From the NCBI RefSeq assembly GCF_009914755.1, contig NC_060928.1: a DNA stretch of 64,000 nucleotides. One strand, 5' to 3'. Position numbers and translations under genes: made by a program. The notes below the pieces were generated by a model. It saw only the letters and a list, made by a program, of their open reading frames with translations. It was not told the origin of the DNA and searched no databases. The DNA is from the human T2T-CHM13v2.0 reference genome, Homo sapiens. Positions 45,293-60,950 of the stretch are shown here, piece by piece (position 1 is the first letter of the stretch; each line of letters starts with the position of its first letter).

Positions 45293-45484
45293 CAGTGGTG
45301 TCTAATCTTTTGGCTTCCCTAGGCCACATTGGAAGAATTGTCTTGGACCACACATAAAATACACTAACAATAGCTGATGAGCTAAAACACACACAAAAAA
45401 AATTTCATAATGTTTTAAGAAAGTTTATGAATTTGTGTTGGGCCACATTCAAAGCCATCCTGGGCTGCAGGTTGGACAATCTTG
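45293..45484. mobile_element. MER30 hAT MITE
   Basis: TCTAATCTTTTGGCTTCCCTAGGCCACATTGGAAGAA...GGTTGGACAATCTTG; degenerate 8-bp TSD AGCTACTT / AGCTATCT. Confidence 0.85.
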
Positions 45485-46040
45485 AGCTATCTAATAATTT
45501 CAAAATATTGCATGGGTCTATATTCTCATCCTCTCATCTTGTTCACACTAGGCTGGCATTCAGGGCAGGTATCTGCTTTCCTGTCTCAGACTTCCTCTAC
45601 CCCAGAGCTTCCTCAGTGGGGACAGAGGGATGGTGGTAAGTGGAATGGGCAGTGCTGGGCTGGAAGCAGGTGGCCGTGCAGCCTGGTGATGTTCTCTATA
45701 CTCAGCCCAGCTGGGAGACACGGGCAGGAGACAAACAACAACCCTTTAATCTTTGATTCAGGTACTAACCAGATTCAGATTGGAGGCTGAATTCCTGATC
45801 TGCCTTTGTTAGAAGGCAGGTCTTTGGGGGAAGGGTCACAGGTGGCGGGTGACAAGTCTTTGGAGAAGGGAATGCTGGACTAATTGCTTGTGGCAGGACA
45901 AGGAAATGACCAACTGGCTCTCAGGTCAGCAATCCCCAGATACCCATGAAGGTCATACCCACCAACAGGATTACTTGGCTCTGTGAGAGCAGTGTTGGAA
46001 AAAAATGTAATTCAGGAGTATTTTTTCCCTGTTAGGTTTC

Positions 46041-46193
46041 TATAGAAACAACTGTAACATATATGTCTATTGCCTAACTTAGTTAGGCAATACATGTATT
46101 AGTTAGGCAATATACGTATTATACTAATATATGTATTAGTTCTATAACATATATGTTATAGAAACAACTATAACATATATGTCTATTGCCTAA
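46041..46193. repeat. 37-bp direct duplication enclosing palindromic, locally templated filler
   Basis: 46041-46077 and 46157-46193 differ at one base; palindromes at 46068-46092 and 46140-46163. Confidence 0.9.
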
Positions 46194-47434
46194 AGTTTAA
46201 TGAGAGACATTAAACTTTGTAACAATTTTTAGGAATATATTACTTACAAAAATAGTATACCATTTCAGACCCCAGAACTGACAGTATTAGTGTGCAACGG
46301 CATAAGATATAGAAATAGGAGAGGTGACTCAGATGCTAGAGCAGAGCTAGCACGACCAAGGAGAAAAATGGGTTCCAAATCAGGATAAAGTATGTACACT
46401 AGCATTTCCTCAGTGTCCGGGTGACAAGGAGTCAGTGGTTTACACCAGAACTGCAGTGATAATAGCTATGTAAGTGGGGCTGCTAGGGAAATAAGATATC
46501 TTTTAGAAATTGTTAAAGAAGCATAATTTACAAAATTTTTATTGAGCATCTACTATTCCAGCAACTGGAATGCAGCATTAAATGAAACAGAAAACCCCTT
46601 GCTCTCTTGGCATTAACATAATACTGGAAATCAAGTATACTCGATGGACTTTGTACTTGTTATTCTAGTGACCGTGTTAGGAGCATGTCTTACAGAATGA
46701 TGGCTGAAGTATCTTGAATGAGTTGCTTACTTCTTACTTAAGTGGAATTGTCATGGTTACTATATTCCATTTCAGCTCTCACTGGAGTGGGTTCTGAGAT
46801 GTGAAAGAAAGGATGATCTGAAGAAATTAATAGAAAGAAAAAAGGGTTGAGCTGAGAAGAAATGCAGAATGTGTACATTCTCTAAAGGGAGAGGAAACAG
46901 TTTGCTACAGGCCAGTCCAATGTAGTCACTTCCAGTTCCCAGATTTAAGGATGGAAATGGAAGTATAACAGTGGCTGATAATTTGGAATATATCTTAGCA
47001 CTTCTTTCTGTTAAATAGTAACACCTGAAATATGTACAATGCCTCATGACTTATAACCTTCTTTTACTTACTTTATCTTATTGGAACCTAGTAGTAATCC
47101 TTTAGGTAATTGGAAAAGGTAATATTAGCTTAATTATGTGCATGAAGACAGGTAGATGGACTAGCAGAAGGAGTTTAGAGTCTTTATTCTACTCATGGCT
47201 TTTAACCAGAGCTCAATATGTAAGCGTTTTCTGGGTAACCCAAATGGTAAAAAAATTCTGATGGTCTCCTAATAGTTTCATGGGAGGACACAGATTTTCG
47301 GGGTGTTTCAGGTCCAATGGGAATGATTCTGTTTTCTCTGTGTAGACAAATGCTGCTTTAATTTTGTGTAGATATATCTCTAAGTTGTGTTCTTCTTGAA
47401 ACAGATAAAAACCAATGCTAGGACAGAGGTAATT

Positions 47435-47470
47435 CTACACTTGATCTTAGCCAAAAGGCTGAGAAGCAAT
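47435..47470 (-). pseudogene. 3'-truncated U2 snRNA retropseudogene (RNU2-type)
   Basis: Minus strand ATTGCTTCTCAGCCTTTTGGCTAAGATCAAGTGTAG matches U2 nt 1-36 with two CpG-type changes; TSD CAGAGGTAATTCTA at 47424-47437 and 47472-47485. Confidence 0.95.
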
Positions 47471-47590
47471 TCAGAGGTAATTCTAGAGATCTTGTTCTGC
47501 TCATATTTTAAACGAGAAAACTGAGACACAAAGAGGTTATTGGTTTACCAAGTTAAAAATTCTTAATATAGAATTTTAATAATAATAATG

Positions 47591-47677
47591 TAATATAGCT
47601 GAAACTCATATAATTACTTCAATAGGACAATTTAATAATATAGCAGAAACTCAACTGATAACTTCAACAGGACAATT
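47591..47677. repeat. Diverged tandem duplication, period 45 bp
   Basis: TAATATAGC(T/A)GAAACTCA...ACTTCAA(T/C)AGGACAATT occurs twice. Confidence 0.85.
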
Positions 47678-48340
47678 ATGTTGTAAAATTGATGAAAATG
47701 AAGTCTGTAGACACAAACATACGATAAAACATGTGCTCTTACTGATTCATTGACTTCTCTTAGCCATAATATTTATCTACCAAATTTCCCTTTATTTTTA
47801 GTGGTGTTTTATATTTATTGCAGCTAATTGATTCTGCAGAGAAAAATAAGCCCTGGTGCCTCTGACAGGTGCAGCAGCCTCGTGCAGTATGTTCTCATTA
47901 TGCTTATGTAAAGTAAGTCTCTACTATCAAATGTTAAGAAACAACACAGTGGGGCAAATTTTAAATTAATGGTTTCAGAAAATATCCTGCAGCCTCATAG
48001 TGTATCTTGTCAGCTCTCTCAAATTGTGGACATTCATCAGAGGTCTTAAAAGAGAATGGCAGGAAGTCAGGGAACTGAAGGTTTAGTAGTAATAAATGGT
48101 ATGTAAGCCAATATATAGTTGGCTTAGTGTTGTTCTGTGGGATAAGAAATGCTTCTAAACCAAGAAATTACAGAAAACATGCACAAACATATTTTTTGAC
48201 TTTGGACAGTTCATGACGGTATCCTTCCAAGATTAAATTAAGAAAACTAACACTTAATTTCATAGCTCAATAGGAATTGTTGAAATTGTGATACTGTAGC
48301 AAACTAAATTAATAATTTTTTAAAAAATAATTCAGGTATT

Positions 48341-48698
<358 letters not shown>

Positions 48699-49136
48699 TC
48701 AGAGTCTCTCACTAATAGTCAAGGTATAAAAGTCCCACCTCTTAGATATTATTATAGATGACACCCATTCTGAGTCTATTCTCTGATTAAACCCAGGCAC
48801 TTCTTTCCTGTTTTATGTCCAGCATGTTTGTCAGAGGGTTTTTTTTTTATACCTGTCTTGGTGTATCTGAGAGTAACATATCTATGTCTGGGTGTGTTTC
48901 AGAGACAGAGATTGAAATTCATCATCTCCATAGCCCTCATCTAGATCAATATTTCATGTTTTTAAATGATAGGCATTTCAAGAAAAGAAGATACCAATTT
49001 TGAGGAGTATAGTAGACAAAGGGCATGACTCACTGCTTGTTCATGTAAATCTTCTACCTTTATCACAGGACAGAATATGCTCAGAGCACCAGGATTCTCC
49101 TTTTCCCTCCTTACCACCCTCCATGTGCATGGTTGG

Positions 49137-49235
49137 TGTGATGGTCATTTTGATGTATCCACTTGGCTAAGCAGTCTCCAGTTATTCTATCAAACTCTAA
49201 GTGTTACTGTGAAGTATTTTATAGATGTGATTAAA
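49137..49235 (+). mobile_element. MLT2 LTR 5' fragment
   Basis: TGTGATGGTCATTTTGATGTATCCACTTGGCTA...TATTTTATAGATGTGATTAA. Confidence 0.6.
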
Positions 49236-49321
49236 GGAAGACCACCTAACAAACTTCCAAATTGGATGTTCTTAAATTACAACCAAATTCATCCTAATTT
49301 TCTTTCTTTGAAATCCTATTG

Positions 49322-49641
<320 letters not shown>

Positions 49642-49729
49642 TCAATGATATTAAAAACCCTGTAGCACTCATTTGCTGCATTCATGTCTGTATTTGGGGT
49701 GCAAAAGCTTGGGGTATCATATTGAGCAA

Positions 49730-51195
<1,466 letters not shown>

Positions 51196-51356
51196 AAGCA
51201 AAAATGCGGATGCTTATTTCTTAAAATTGACATCTGTTCTTAAAATGTTGTATCTATAATTGCCAAACCTATTCAAATGTGTTATATCTGAAAGTTTGAA
51301 TTAGTTGGCCCTTTTCCTGATACCCTTCATTAATTTATTTAAAATATTTAGTGTGG

Positions 51357-51643
51357 GGCCTGACACAGTGGCTCATACCTGTAATTCCAGCACTTCAGGA
51401 GATTGAGGCGGGAGGACTGCTTGAGCCCATGAATTCGAGACCAGCCTGGGCAACATAAGGAGACCTTGTCTCTACAGAAAATAAAAAAAAATAGGTGGGC
51501 ATGGTGGTGTGCCCCTGTAGTCCCAGGTACTCAGGAGGTCGAGGTGGGAGGAATGCTTGAGGCTGAGAAGTCGAGGCTACGGTGAGCCATGTTTGTGACT
51601 GCACTCCAGGCTGGGTGACAGAGCAAGACCCTGTCTCAAAAAA
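51357..51643 (+). mobile_element. AluJ
   Basis: GGGAGGACTGCTTGAGCCCA; TSD AAAATATTTAGTGT at 51341-51354 and 51644-51657. Confidence 0.9.
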
Positions 51644-51665
51644 AAAATATTTAGTGTATACCTTC

Positions 51666-51961
51666 CTTTCTTTTTTTAGACAGAGTCTCGCTCTGTCACC
51701 CAGGCTGGAGTGCAGTGGCGCGATCTTGGCTCACTGCAACCTCCACCTCCCAGGTTCAAGCAATTCTCTGCCTCAGCCTTCGGAGTAGCTGGGATTACAG
51801 GTAGCCCGCCACCATGCCTGGCTAATTTTTTTTTTGTATTTTTGGTAGAGACAGGGTTTCACCATTGTGGCCAGGCTGGTCTTGAACTCCTGACCCCATG
51901 ATCCACCCGCCTCGGCCTCCCAAAGTGCTGGGATTACAGGCATGAGCCACTGTGCCTGGAC
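51666..51961 (-). mobile_element. AluS (Sg-like)
   Basis: TSD AGTGTATACCTTC at 51653-51665 and 51962-51974. Confidence 0.92.
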
Positions 51962-52043
51962 AGTGTATACCTTCTATATATTGTAGATTACTGTGAGTGC
52001 TAGGAGCATTAAAAGAAACAAAAGGAAGGCTTCAGGTGCATAA

Positions 52044-52362
<319 letters not shown>

Positions 52363-52951
52363 GGCAACTGCATTCTTTGGAGTGTCCATCCACACAAACA
52401 TATTTTCATTTGACAGTCTGGAACATCTCACGTATTGCTAGCAAGCAGGTTTGGATGCTGATGTTTGGATCTGAATGGAGCACTACTACATTAATAAAAG
52501 CAGATATTAATCCCGACTTTTTGTTTTATATGGGATTTGTTTATATTTTTAATTGTCAAAGAAAAATTATATATATGGTGCCAACAGTCAACTGATTTTC
52601 TTGTCATTGTTTTGATACTATCTGGGAGACAGCAACATTTTTACAGATTCTATAACCCTTGAAGAAAGAACACTTCTATGTTTTTGGCACATATTGCAAT
52701 AAATGGATGGACACAATTCCTTCATTGGCAGATTCATAGCAACTAATAGCAAAAAGAAAAGTAATGTGGTCTTTTACAAAATTCGAACATTTCTATCTCA
52801 GCTAGGTCAACAATTCATAGGAGAATAAGCTAAAAAGTATTGTGGAAGTTTTCTGTACTAATGAAGTTAAAGTACTCAGAATGTAAGTTTTTATGAGACA
52901 ATCTCCAGTAGTTTAAAAAATTCACTGTGGTATAGACATCGGGCTTTTGGA

Positions 52952-54158
52952 TTTTTAAAAAATTTCAACTTCTATTTTAGATTCAGGGGGTACATGTGCA
53001 ATCTTGTTACATGGGTGTATTGCGTGATGCTGAGGTTTGGGGCATGAATGATCCTGTCACCCAGGTACGGAGCATAGTACCCAATAAGCAGTTTTTCAAC
53101 CCTTTCTCCCCTTCTTTCCTCCGCCCCAGTAGTCCTCAGTGTCTGTTCCCATCTTTATGTCCATGTGTACCCAGTGTTTAGCTCCCACTTATAAGTGAGA
53201 ACATGCAGTATTTGAATTTCTGTTTCTGAGTTAATTTGCTCAGGATAATGGCCTCTAGCTGCAGCCATGCTGCAGCAAAGGACATGACTTCATTCCTTTT
53301 TTATGGCTGCATAGTATTCCACGCTGTATATGTACCACATTTTCTTTATCCAGTCCACCACTGATAGGCACCTAGGTTGATTCCAGGTCTTTGCTATTTG
53401 TGAATAGTGCTGCGATGAACATACATATGAGTGCATGTGTCTTTTGGTTAGAGTGATTTAATTTCCTTTGGGTATATATTCAGTAATGGGATTGCTAGGT
53501 CAAATGGTAATTCTATTTTTCATTCTTTGTGATGTCTCCAAACTGCTTTCCACAGCGGCTGCACTAATTTACATTCCCACTAATAGTGTATGAGCATTCC
53601 CTTTTCTCTGTAGTCTTGCCAACATCTGATATTTTTTGAATTTTTAATCATAGCCATTCTGACTGGTGTGAGATGGTATGTCATTGCGGTTTTTGCATTT
53701 CTCTGATTAGTGATGTTGAGCATTTTTACATGTTTGTTGGTTGCTTGTATGTCTCCTTTTGAGAAGTGTATTCGTGTCCTTTACTCTGTTTTTAATAGGG
53801 TTATTTGTTTTTTGTGTGTTTAAGTTTCTTATAGATTCTGGATATTAGACCTCTGTCAGATGCATAGTTTGTGAATATTTTCTCCCATTCTGTAGGTTGT
53901 CTGTTTACTCTGTTGATAGTTTCTCTTGCTGTGCAGAAGCTCTTTAGTTTAATTAGATCCCACTCTTCAATTTTTGTTTTTGTTGCAGTTGCTTTTGGGG
54001 ACTTAGTTACAAATTTGCCAAGAACAATTTCCAAAAGGGCATTTCCTAGGTTTTCTTCTGGGATTTTTATAGTTTTAGATCTTACATTTAAGTCCTTAAT
54101 CTATCTCAATTTCATTTTGTGTATGGTGATAGGTAGGGGTCCAGTTGTATTCTTTCTA
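52952..54158 (-). mobile_element. 5'-truncated L1PA15/16-like element
   Basis: ORF2 remnant ([41 protein letters not shown]); degenerate TSD GACATC(G/A)GG(C/A)TTTTG. Confidence 0.9.
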
Positions 54159-54219
54159 GCGGACATCAGGATTTTGATGTATAATTTGCTTTTATGGAAT
54201 GTTGATGAGTATTCCAAAT

Positions 54220-54800
54220 TCTTTGGAACTCTCATACACTGCTGGTGGGAATGTAAATGGTATAAGCACTTTGGAGAACCATTCAGTGTTTTCTTAAAAA
54301 GTTAAACACGTGCATACCATGCCTAGCTCTTCCAACATAGAGAAATAAAAGCATAAACCCATGCAAAGACTTCTATGCAGATACTTATAGCAACTTTATT
54401 TATAATAGCTCCAAATCGAAAACAACCCAAATGTCTATCAACTGGTGAATAGATAAAAAAGATAAACTATTAATACATGCAATAACATAGATGGATCTCA
54501 AAATAATGATCTAGGTGAAGAAGCCAGACATAAAATGAATCTGTGTTGTATGAAAAATTTTAGAAAATGCAAACTAATTCATAGTGGCAGAAAGCAAATC
54601 AGTAAGTGCCTGGGAATAGGGATGGGAGCAGGGAGGGCCAGTCTACAAACGAGCATGGGGAAACTTAGGAGTGATGAATATATGTTCATTATCTTAACTG
54701 TGGTGATGGCTAATGTGTAAATCATCAAATAGTACACTTTAAATATATGCAAATTTTTATGCTTTAATTATACTCTAATAAAACTATATTTTAAAAGGAA
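54220..54800 (+). mobile_element. Old L1M (MC/ME) 3' fragment
   Basis: GGAACTCTCATACACTGCTGGTGGGAATGTAAATGG...TACTCTAATAAA. Confidence 0.75.
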
Positions 54801-54944
54801 AAGATATTTACTCGTTTTGCACATAAAACATTTACTGTGCTTATAGAATGTAATAGGAACAGCACCTTTTATTGTACCATTCACTTTTCTTATGTCATTA
54901 TATTTCATTTATCTTAATTCACATAAATTTTATTTACTGATTCA

Positions 54945-55710
54945 TTTTTGATATTTAATTTTTAAATTTTGTGGGTACGTGGTATATTTATGGGGTACAT
55001 GTGATGTTTTGATACAGGCATGCAACGTGAAATAATCACATCATGAAGAATGAGGTATCCATCCCTTTAAGCATTTGTCCTTTGAGTTACAAACAATCCA
55101 ATTACACTCTTTATTTTAAAATGTACAATTAAGTTATTATTGACTATAGTTACCCTGTTGTGCCACCAAATAATAGGTTTTATTCATTATTTTTTATTCA
55201 TTATTTCTAATTTTTGTACGCATTAACTGTCTCTACCTCCCCGATCCCCAGCCCCCTACTACCTTTCCCAGCCTCTGGTAACCATCCTTCTCCCTATGTC
55301 CATGAATTTAATTGACATAAATTATAGACTTCTCTCCTAATGCTTTTTCACTCTCTGTCTAGTATATCTTCACCAGTTAAGATTATGACAAAGTTTATTT
55401 TCCTGTATTTTTCAAACTGCACATATGTCCCTGCTCTATGGATTTTTTTTTAGGCTTTTAATGTCACTCTATTTTTTAAATTGACAAATAAACATTGTAT
55501 ATATTTATGGTACACAACCTGATATTGTGAAATATGTATGCACTGTGGAATGGCTAAATCAAGCTAATTAACACATGTATTGCTTCATGTACTTATCATT
55601 TTTGTGTGTGGTGACAACACTTAAAACCTATTCTCTTTAGCAATTTTCAAGTACACAGTAAGTTGTTATTAACTAGAGTCACCAGGTACAATAGATCTCT
55701 TGAATTTGTG
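54945..55710 (-). mobile_element. Two L1MA 3'-end fragments (~54945-55310 and ~55470-55705)
   Basis: TTTATGGGGTACATGTGATGTTTTGATACAGGCATGC and GTGGAATGGCTAAATCAAGCTAATTAACA. Confidence 0.8.
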
Positions 55711-56084
55711 AAATTTCTGACTGACCAAATCTGTGATCCCTCTTATTTATATTCCCATCTGCTCCTCCTCTATCCTCCAAAAACTACTGATATGCAATAT
55801 GCTTAACAGATATCTAACAATATCAACCCTCACTACACCTTGAAACTTTTCAGATGCAGAGGTGATGCCTCCACAAAATCCCTTTTGTGTATTTTACTCC
55901 TTGTAGCTCATTTCTAGTCAAACACCTAAAAAAGACTCCATAGAACTTCCCTGTTTTGGAGACTGTAGCATTTGTTCTTTTCTTCCAGTATATGTGTGCA
56001 CAAATATTTTGGTCATATTATCATTCATTTAATTAGTTAATTATTTTTTTCATTGACAAGTAAAAATTGTATGTGGTATACAAC

Positions 56085-56245
56085 ATGGTATGTATATATA
56101 TGTGTATATATACACACACATATATACACATGTATACAAATGACTTAAACATATATACACACACACACATATATGCACATATATACAAATGACATATATA
56201 TATACACACACACATATATATACACACACACACATACACATACAT
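56085..56245. repeat. Compound (TA)n/(CA)n microsatellite
   Basis: Seen directly. Confidence 0.9.
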
Positions 56246-57639
56246 TATAGAATTTTGGGCTATTTTTTTTTTTTCTAATTTTAGAGTCTGTTTCTCAAAA
56301 CTTTGGTGTCATTTGCTGACTGTTTTGTCCAAATACATAAGCACGTGGAAAATTGTAACCCTTAAAGGCCATCTTTTGAGCATGTGGTCCTAAATGAGAT
56401 GGTCTTAATTCCTCACATTTTATTATCAGAAGCTACTAGAATTATAAAAAGTCCATTAGTTAAGACTGATGTTAAGACAGTGTCCAACACACTGTGAGTT
56501 TTTCAGAAATCTTAGATAACCCAGTGGCAATAAATAATCGCCATTTTCAAGGTACATTTGCCTGTTTTGCCAAGGGCAAATGGACTCTTTCAAGCAGAAG
56601 TCAATTATGTCTGCCTTTTGTAGGTGCAATTTTCCCCTCACCCACTGGGCCCTTAGGGTACAATTCAAAAGAGATTTGTGCCCAAAATGAGTGATGGTCT
56701 TTAACAACTGTTAATACTGAGTACCATTTGCCAGAAGTGTCCTCTGCCTTTTCATTCAACCTCAGTCACATACTAGCATCCATCATAATGCATTTGCCAG
56801 GGGTTTCCAGGATGACTTTAAGTAGTAATGTTAGTGAATGAGAAGAAAAGTGCCCAGTGAGCCTAGTTAGAGTTGGTGCTGGATGTCTTACTTTATAATG
56901 ACTGCTGCATATTTGAAACATACTCATTGATCAGGTTTCCCAAATTGCATTATGCAGAACTCTAGAGGTTCATGAGATATTAATAGGTGGTTGGTTAAAA
57001 AAATTAGAGTGTCATGGTTAAATAAATTTGGGAAAGTGTGTTAAATAAAGTTAAGCAGATTCATCTGCTGTGGGATTTCTGAGAACCTTCCATATGTCAT
57101 TGTGAATTTTGAATCTCTAAAATAAGCATATAGTACACAGCATTGCCTAAACATGTTTGATCACAGCACCCTTTTTCAAAATTTAAAAATATCCAATTGC
57201 ATCTTGCAGAAAATGAACACTCTTCTAAATTAATTTGGAGAAGTCTTTCTGTATATACTTCCTTTTGTATATGTTTTCATTGCAAATCAAAATGGGAGAG
57301 ATTGGAAAAATAACTATATAACAAAGTGAGAGAGAATGCTATAACTAAAATTTAGCAAGAATAACCTTGTCTCCATACTTGTATATGGATAATGTATTTA
57401 AATATATTAAATATTGCAACACATACATTATACAAAATGCTATACATGTGCACTTTGTGCCCTTTTAAATATTAAAATAAAACATTTCTTGTCATTATTT
57501 CTCTCCAGTTTCCCTCTGCAATACAGACAGATGCTAATAGATAATTTCTTCGTGATTGAGAATATTTTACCAAAATTTAAAAAACTAAAATAATGGTAAG
57601 GAATGCAGTTTCAAAAGAGTAACTATAATACTTTATTTT

Positions 57640-57830
57640 TGTGTATCACCTTACAGTTTGCCAAGTAACCTTGGATATATTATCTTATTTGAGTCTCACA
57701 ATCATTCTGCAGAGTAGACAAGCCCAGCATGAGCTCTTTTTACATTAAGGAAATGAAGATCAGAGAGATTAAATCACTTACTGATGATTCCCACAGCCAT
57801 GGGGCACCACGAAACTAAGCCTGCCATTCT
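57640..57830 (-). mobile_element. MIR fragment
   Basis: TCTTATTTGAGTCTCACAATC...AGGAAATGAAGATCAGAGAGATTAAATCACTT. Confidence 0.6.
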
Positions 57831-58269
57831 GCCTCTCACCTGACAGAGAAAGGGAGGGGACAAAATTCCTGAAGTGTATATATACTTTTGAAATATTTTG
57901 TGCTTTTATAAGCTGTCTTGGTTCACTAAAACTTTGGAATACAAAGCCAGTGGTGATTTGCAGCAATATACTAATCCACTAACCCACCCCACCAGTCCTT
58001 TTCCTCCTCCTCCTTAAAAAAAAAAAGCAACAAAAAAACCCAAAGAGGCCCATATTCTCCATTTTCAGAATTCCAATCATAGAGGAAAGGTTTTGGCTAA
58101 GGATTTTAATTTTATTTGAACCCCCTGGAATCGTCTTACTTTTCTTGGCAAGCATCATTAGAAAGTTAATTTGAGGAGGTGATATATAGAATGTCTTAGA
58201 GATGATTGAACATCAGAGAGTTAAAGGGATTTGTTCAATAATGTGTAGTAAAGTTGTGGCAATTAAGAG

Positions 58270-58846
58270 TGACAGAGAGGAAAAAAACTTTTCCTCTATG
58301 CTCCTAAGTTCAGTGGCTAGGAGCCTACACATGTAACTCATGAAAGACAGATTAACACAAGAAAAGGAATACAAGTTTTATTTTATGTGCATGGGAGTTC
58401 ACATAAAAGGACTCAAAGAAAAGAAGTGAACCCCCACAGAAATGGTTATACCGCAGGGCTTATATACCATTTTAACAAAGAAAAGGGGGGTTGGCTCTGA
58501 GGGATGATAAACTGTGGGAAAGTGACTGTGAAATATATGAGTGAAACTAATGGAAGATAAGGGTTATTTCAGTAAGGTATGTTTATGCAGACTCATCTTG
58601 GTGCCAGCTGTCTGTCTCTGGTGATAAGAATTGCTCTCCTCTTCCTGGTACAGAGAGATGGACACCTTCATTCACGAAGGGAAATTTATGCTATCTTCAC
58701 AAAGGGAAGTTTATGTCCTGCTTTTAAGTGGGCAAGGGTGGGCAGAGAACTCTTCCTGCATCTATTGCTTTCCAACTGCCATCAGCTCAAAATAATTCTT
58801 ATCCCAAAGTGTCATATTTTGGGGTGGCATATCCTGATCCCCTTCA
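58270..58846 (-). mobile_element. MER34-family ERV1 solo LTR
   Basis: Minus strand begins TGAAGGGGATCAGGATATGCCACCCCAAAATATGACACTTTGGGATAAGAATTATTTTGAGCTG and ends in CA. Confidence 0.8.
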
Positions 58847-59400
58847 CCAGTAAAATCTGGGATTCCTACTTCATTGTCCAGTGTTTCCCCCATTTTACTA
58901 CGCTGGCAAATGTGTTTATGGAGGAAGATAATCCGGTAAGTGAGTTACAAGTTTTCCAGTGACATAGAATGATATGAAAAAAATTATGAGTTTAGAAAAG
59001 TTGAACATGGTAGATAGAGTTCAGTGTTGAGTAAACAAGGAAAACTAGGTTTGTGCACAGTTTTTGGTGAAAGAGTAGAGGCCAATCACATCATCCACCA
59101 GCAAAGTAACTCAAAACTGTCATTTCCTTCATGTGGATCCTTGTCATAGTCTTCATGACTGAACAATGACATTAGAATTGTTGATTTTATTATCATCATC
59201 CTCGTACCCAAACCATCATCACTGGGAAGGAGATTATCACCAGATAATGACTACTTCTTTGTCTATTTTCCTGTTTTTGAACTACAGGAATAATTCCTAC
59301 AAAAGTTTGAGCTCATGTCTGAGATAGTAGATATCAGATGCATGTTGAACAGTTTTTTTCTTTCCATTGGATTTTGTCACTTCCTTTCTCTTTTTCCTTA

Positions 59401-59711
<311 letters not shown>

Positions 59712-60364
59712 GGTGAAACTTTATGCTTGACAATTAATAAAAATAACTTTATCATAGAAAAGTAAATAACTAAGCAAAACCACCAAAGGAAAGACTATAG
59801 TCAAGTGGTTGACATATTCTTGAATATCTTGGGAGTGTGTCAGATTAGTAAGTATTTAACTTTGACTTCCCTTCCCCGACAAAAAAATTCAAAGCATTTC
59901 AGTGTCTCCATATTTCTAATTAAGTGAAAATTATTCAAATATTATTTGGCCTTTGATTCTAGTGACCCCTCATTCTTTATGAATTTGACCCTGCTTTGGA
60001 TTCTGGGAGCCCACCAAGTAAATTCCACTTACAGTTCTGGTCATTCCTCAGTCAGTCTAACAAGGATTCCCTTCTATATGACAGTTAGGAGTTTGAGTTT
60101 CTCTAAGCTTCTGTCCTCAGGCTTCTCTCCTCTCGCTCACATCCTGGGGTGAATGGTGATGAGATAAACCATCACAAAATGAGCATTTTGATTATGACAG
60201 CGAATCTCAACAGCCTCCAGATGTGCATTTCCATGTAGTTATTTCTCCAGTCCTGACTAGGCACATGCTCCAGCCAGAAAGCCCAAATTCTCCCTTTTAT
60301 TTCCACATTCAATTATCTAATGTCTTAAAAATTCCACCTCCTAAGCATTGCTCATCCGTTTCTT

Positions 60365-60950
60365 TTATTTATTTATTTATTTATTTTTATTATTATTATT
60401 TTACTTTAAGTTTTAGGGTACATGTGCACAATGTGCAGGTTAGTTACATATGTATACATGTGACATGCTGGTGTGCTGCACCCACTAACTCGTCATCTAG
60501 CATTAGGTATATCTCCCAATGCTATCCCTCTAGAACTAGAAGTACCATTTGACCCAGCCATCCCATTACTGGGTATATACCCAAAGGACTATAAATCATG
60601 CTGCTATAAAGACACATGCACACGTATGTTTATTGTGGCACTATTCACAATAGCAAAGACTTGGAACCAACCCAAATGTCCAACAATGGTAGACTGGATT
60701 AAGAAAATGTGGCATGTATACACCATGGAATACTATGCAGCCATAAAAAATGATGAGTTCATGTCCTTTGTAGGGACATGGATGAAATTGGAAATCATCA
60801 TTCTCAGTAAACTATTGCAAGAACAAAAAACCAAACACTGCATATTCTCACTTATAGGTGGGAATTAAACAATGAGAACACATGGACACAGGAAGGGGGA
60901 CATCACACTCTGGGGACTGTTGTGGGGTGGGGGGAGAGGGGAGGGATAGC
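60365..60950 (-). mobile_element. Young L1PA (L1PA2/3-like) with 5' inversion
   Basis: 3' end and tail on the minus strand (60365-60530) joined to a plus-strand upstream L1 segment (60531-60950); TSD GCT(C/T)ATCC(G/A)TTTCTT at 60350-60364 and 60949-60963. Confidence 0.92.

Noticed and set aside
56033-56245. Cys/Val/Tyr-rich ORFs
   Set aside because: Translation of a (CA)/(TA) microsatellite.
60473-60868. 131-aa ORF with ORF2p-like sequence
   Set aside because: L1 ORF2 C-terminal fragment fused across an inversion junction; not a gene.
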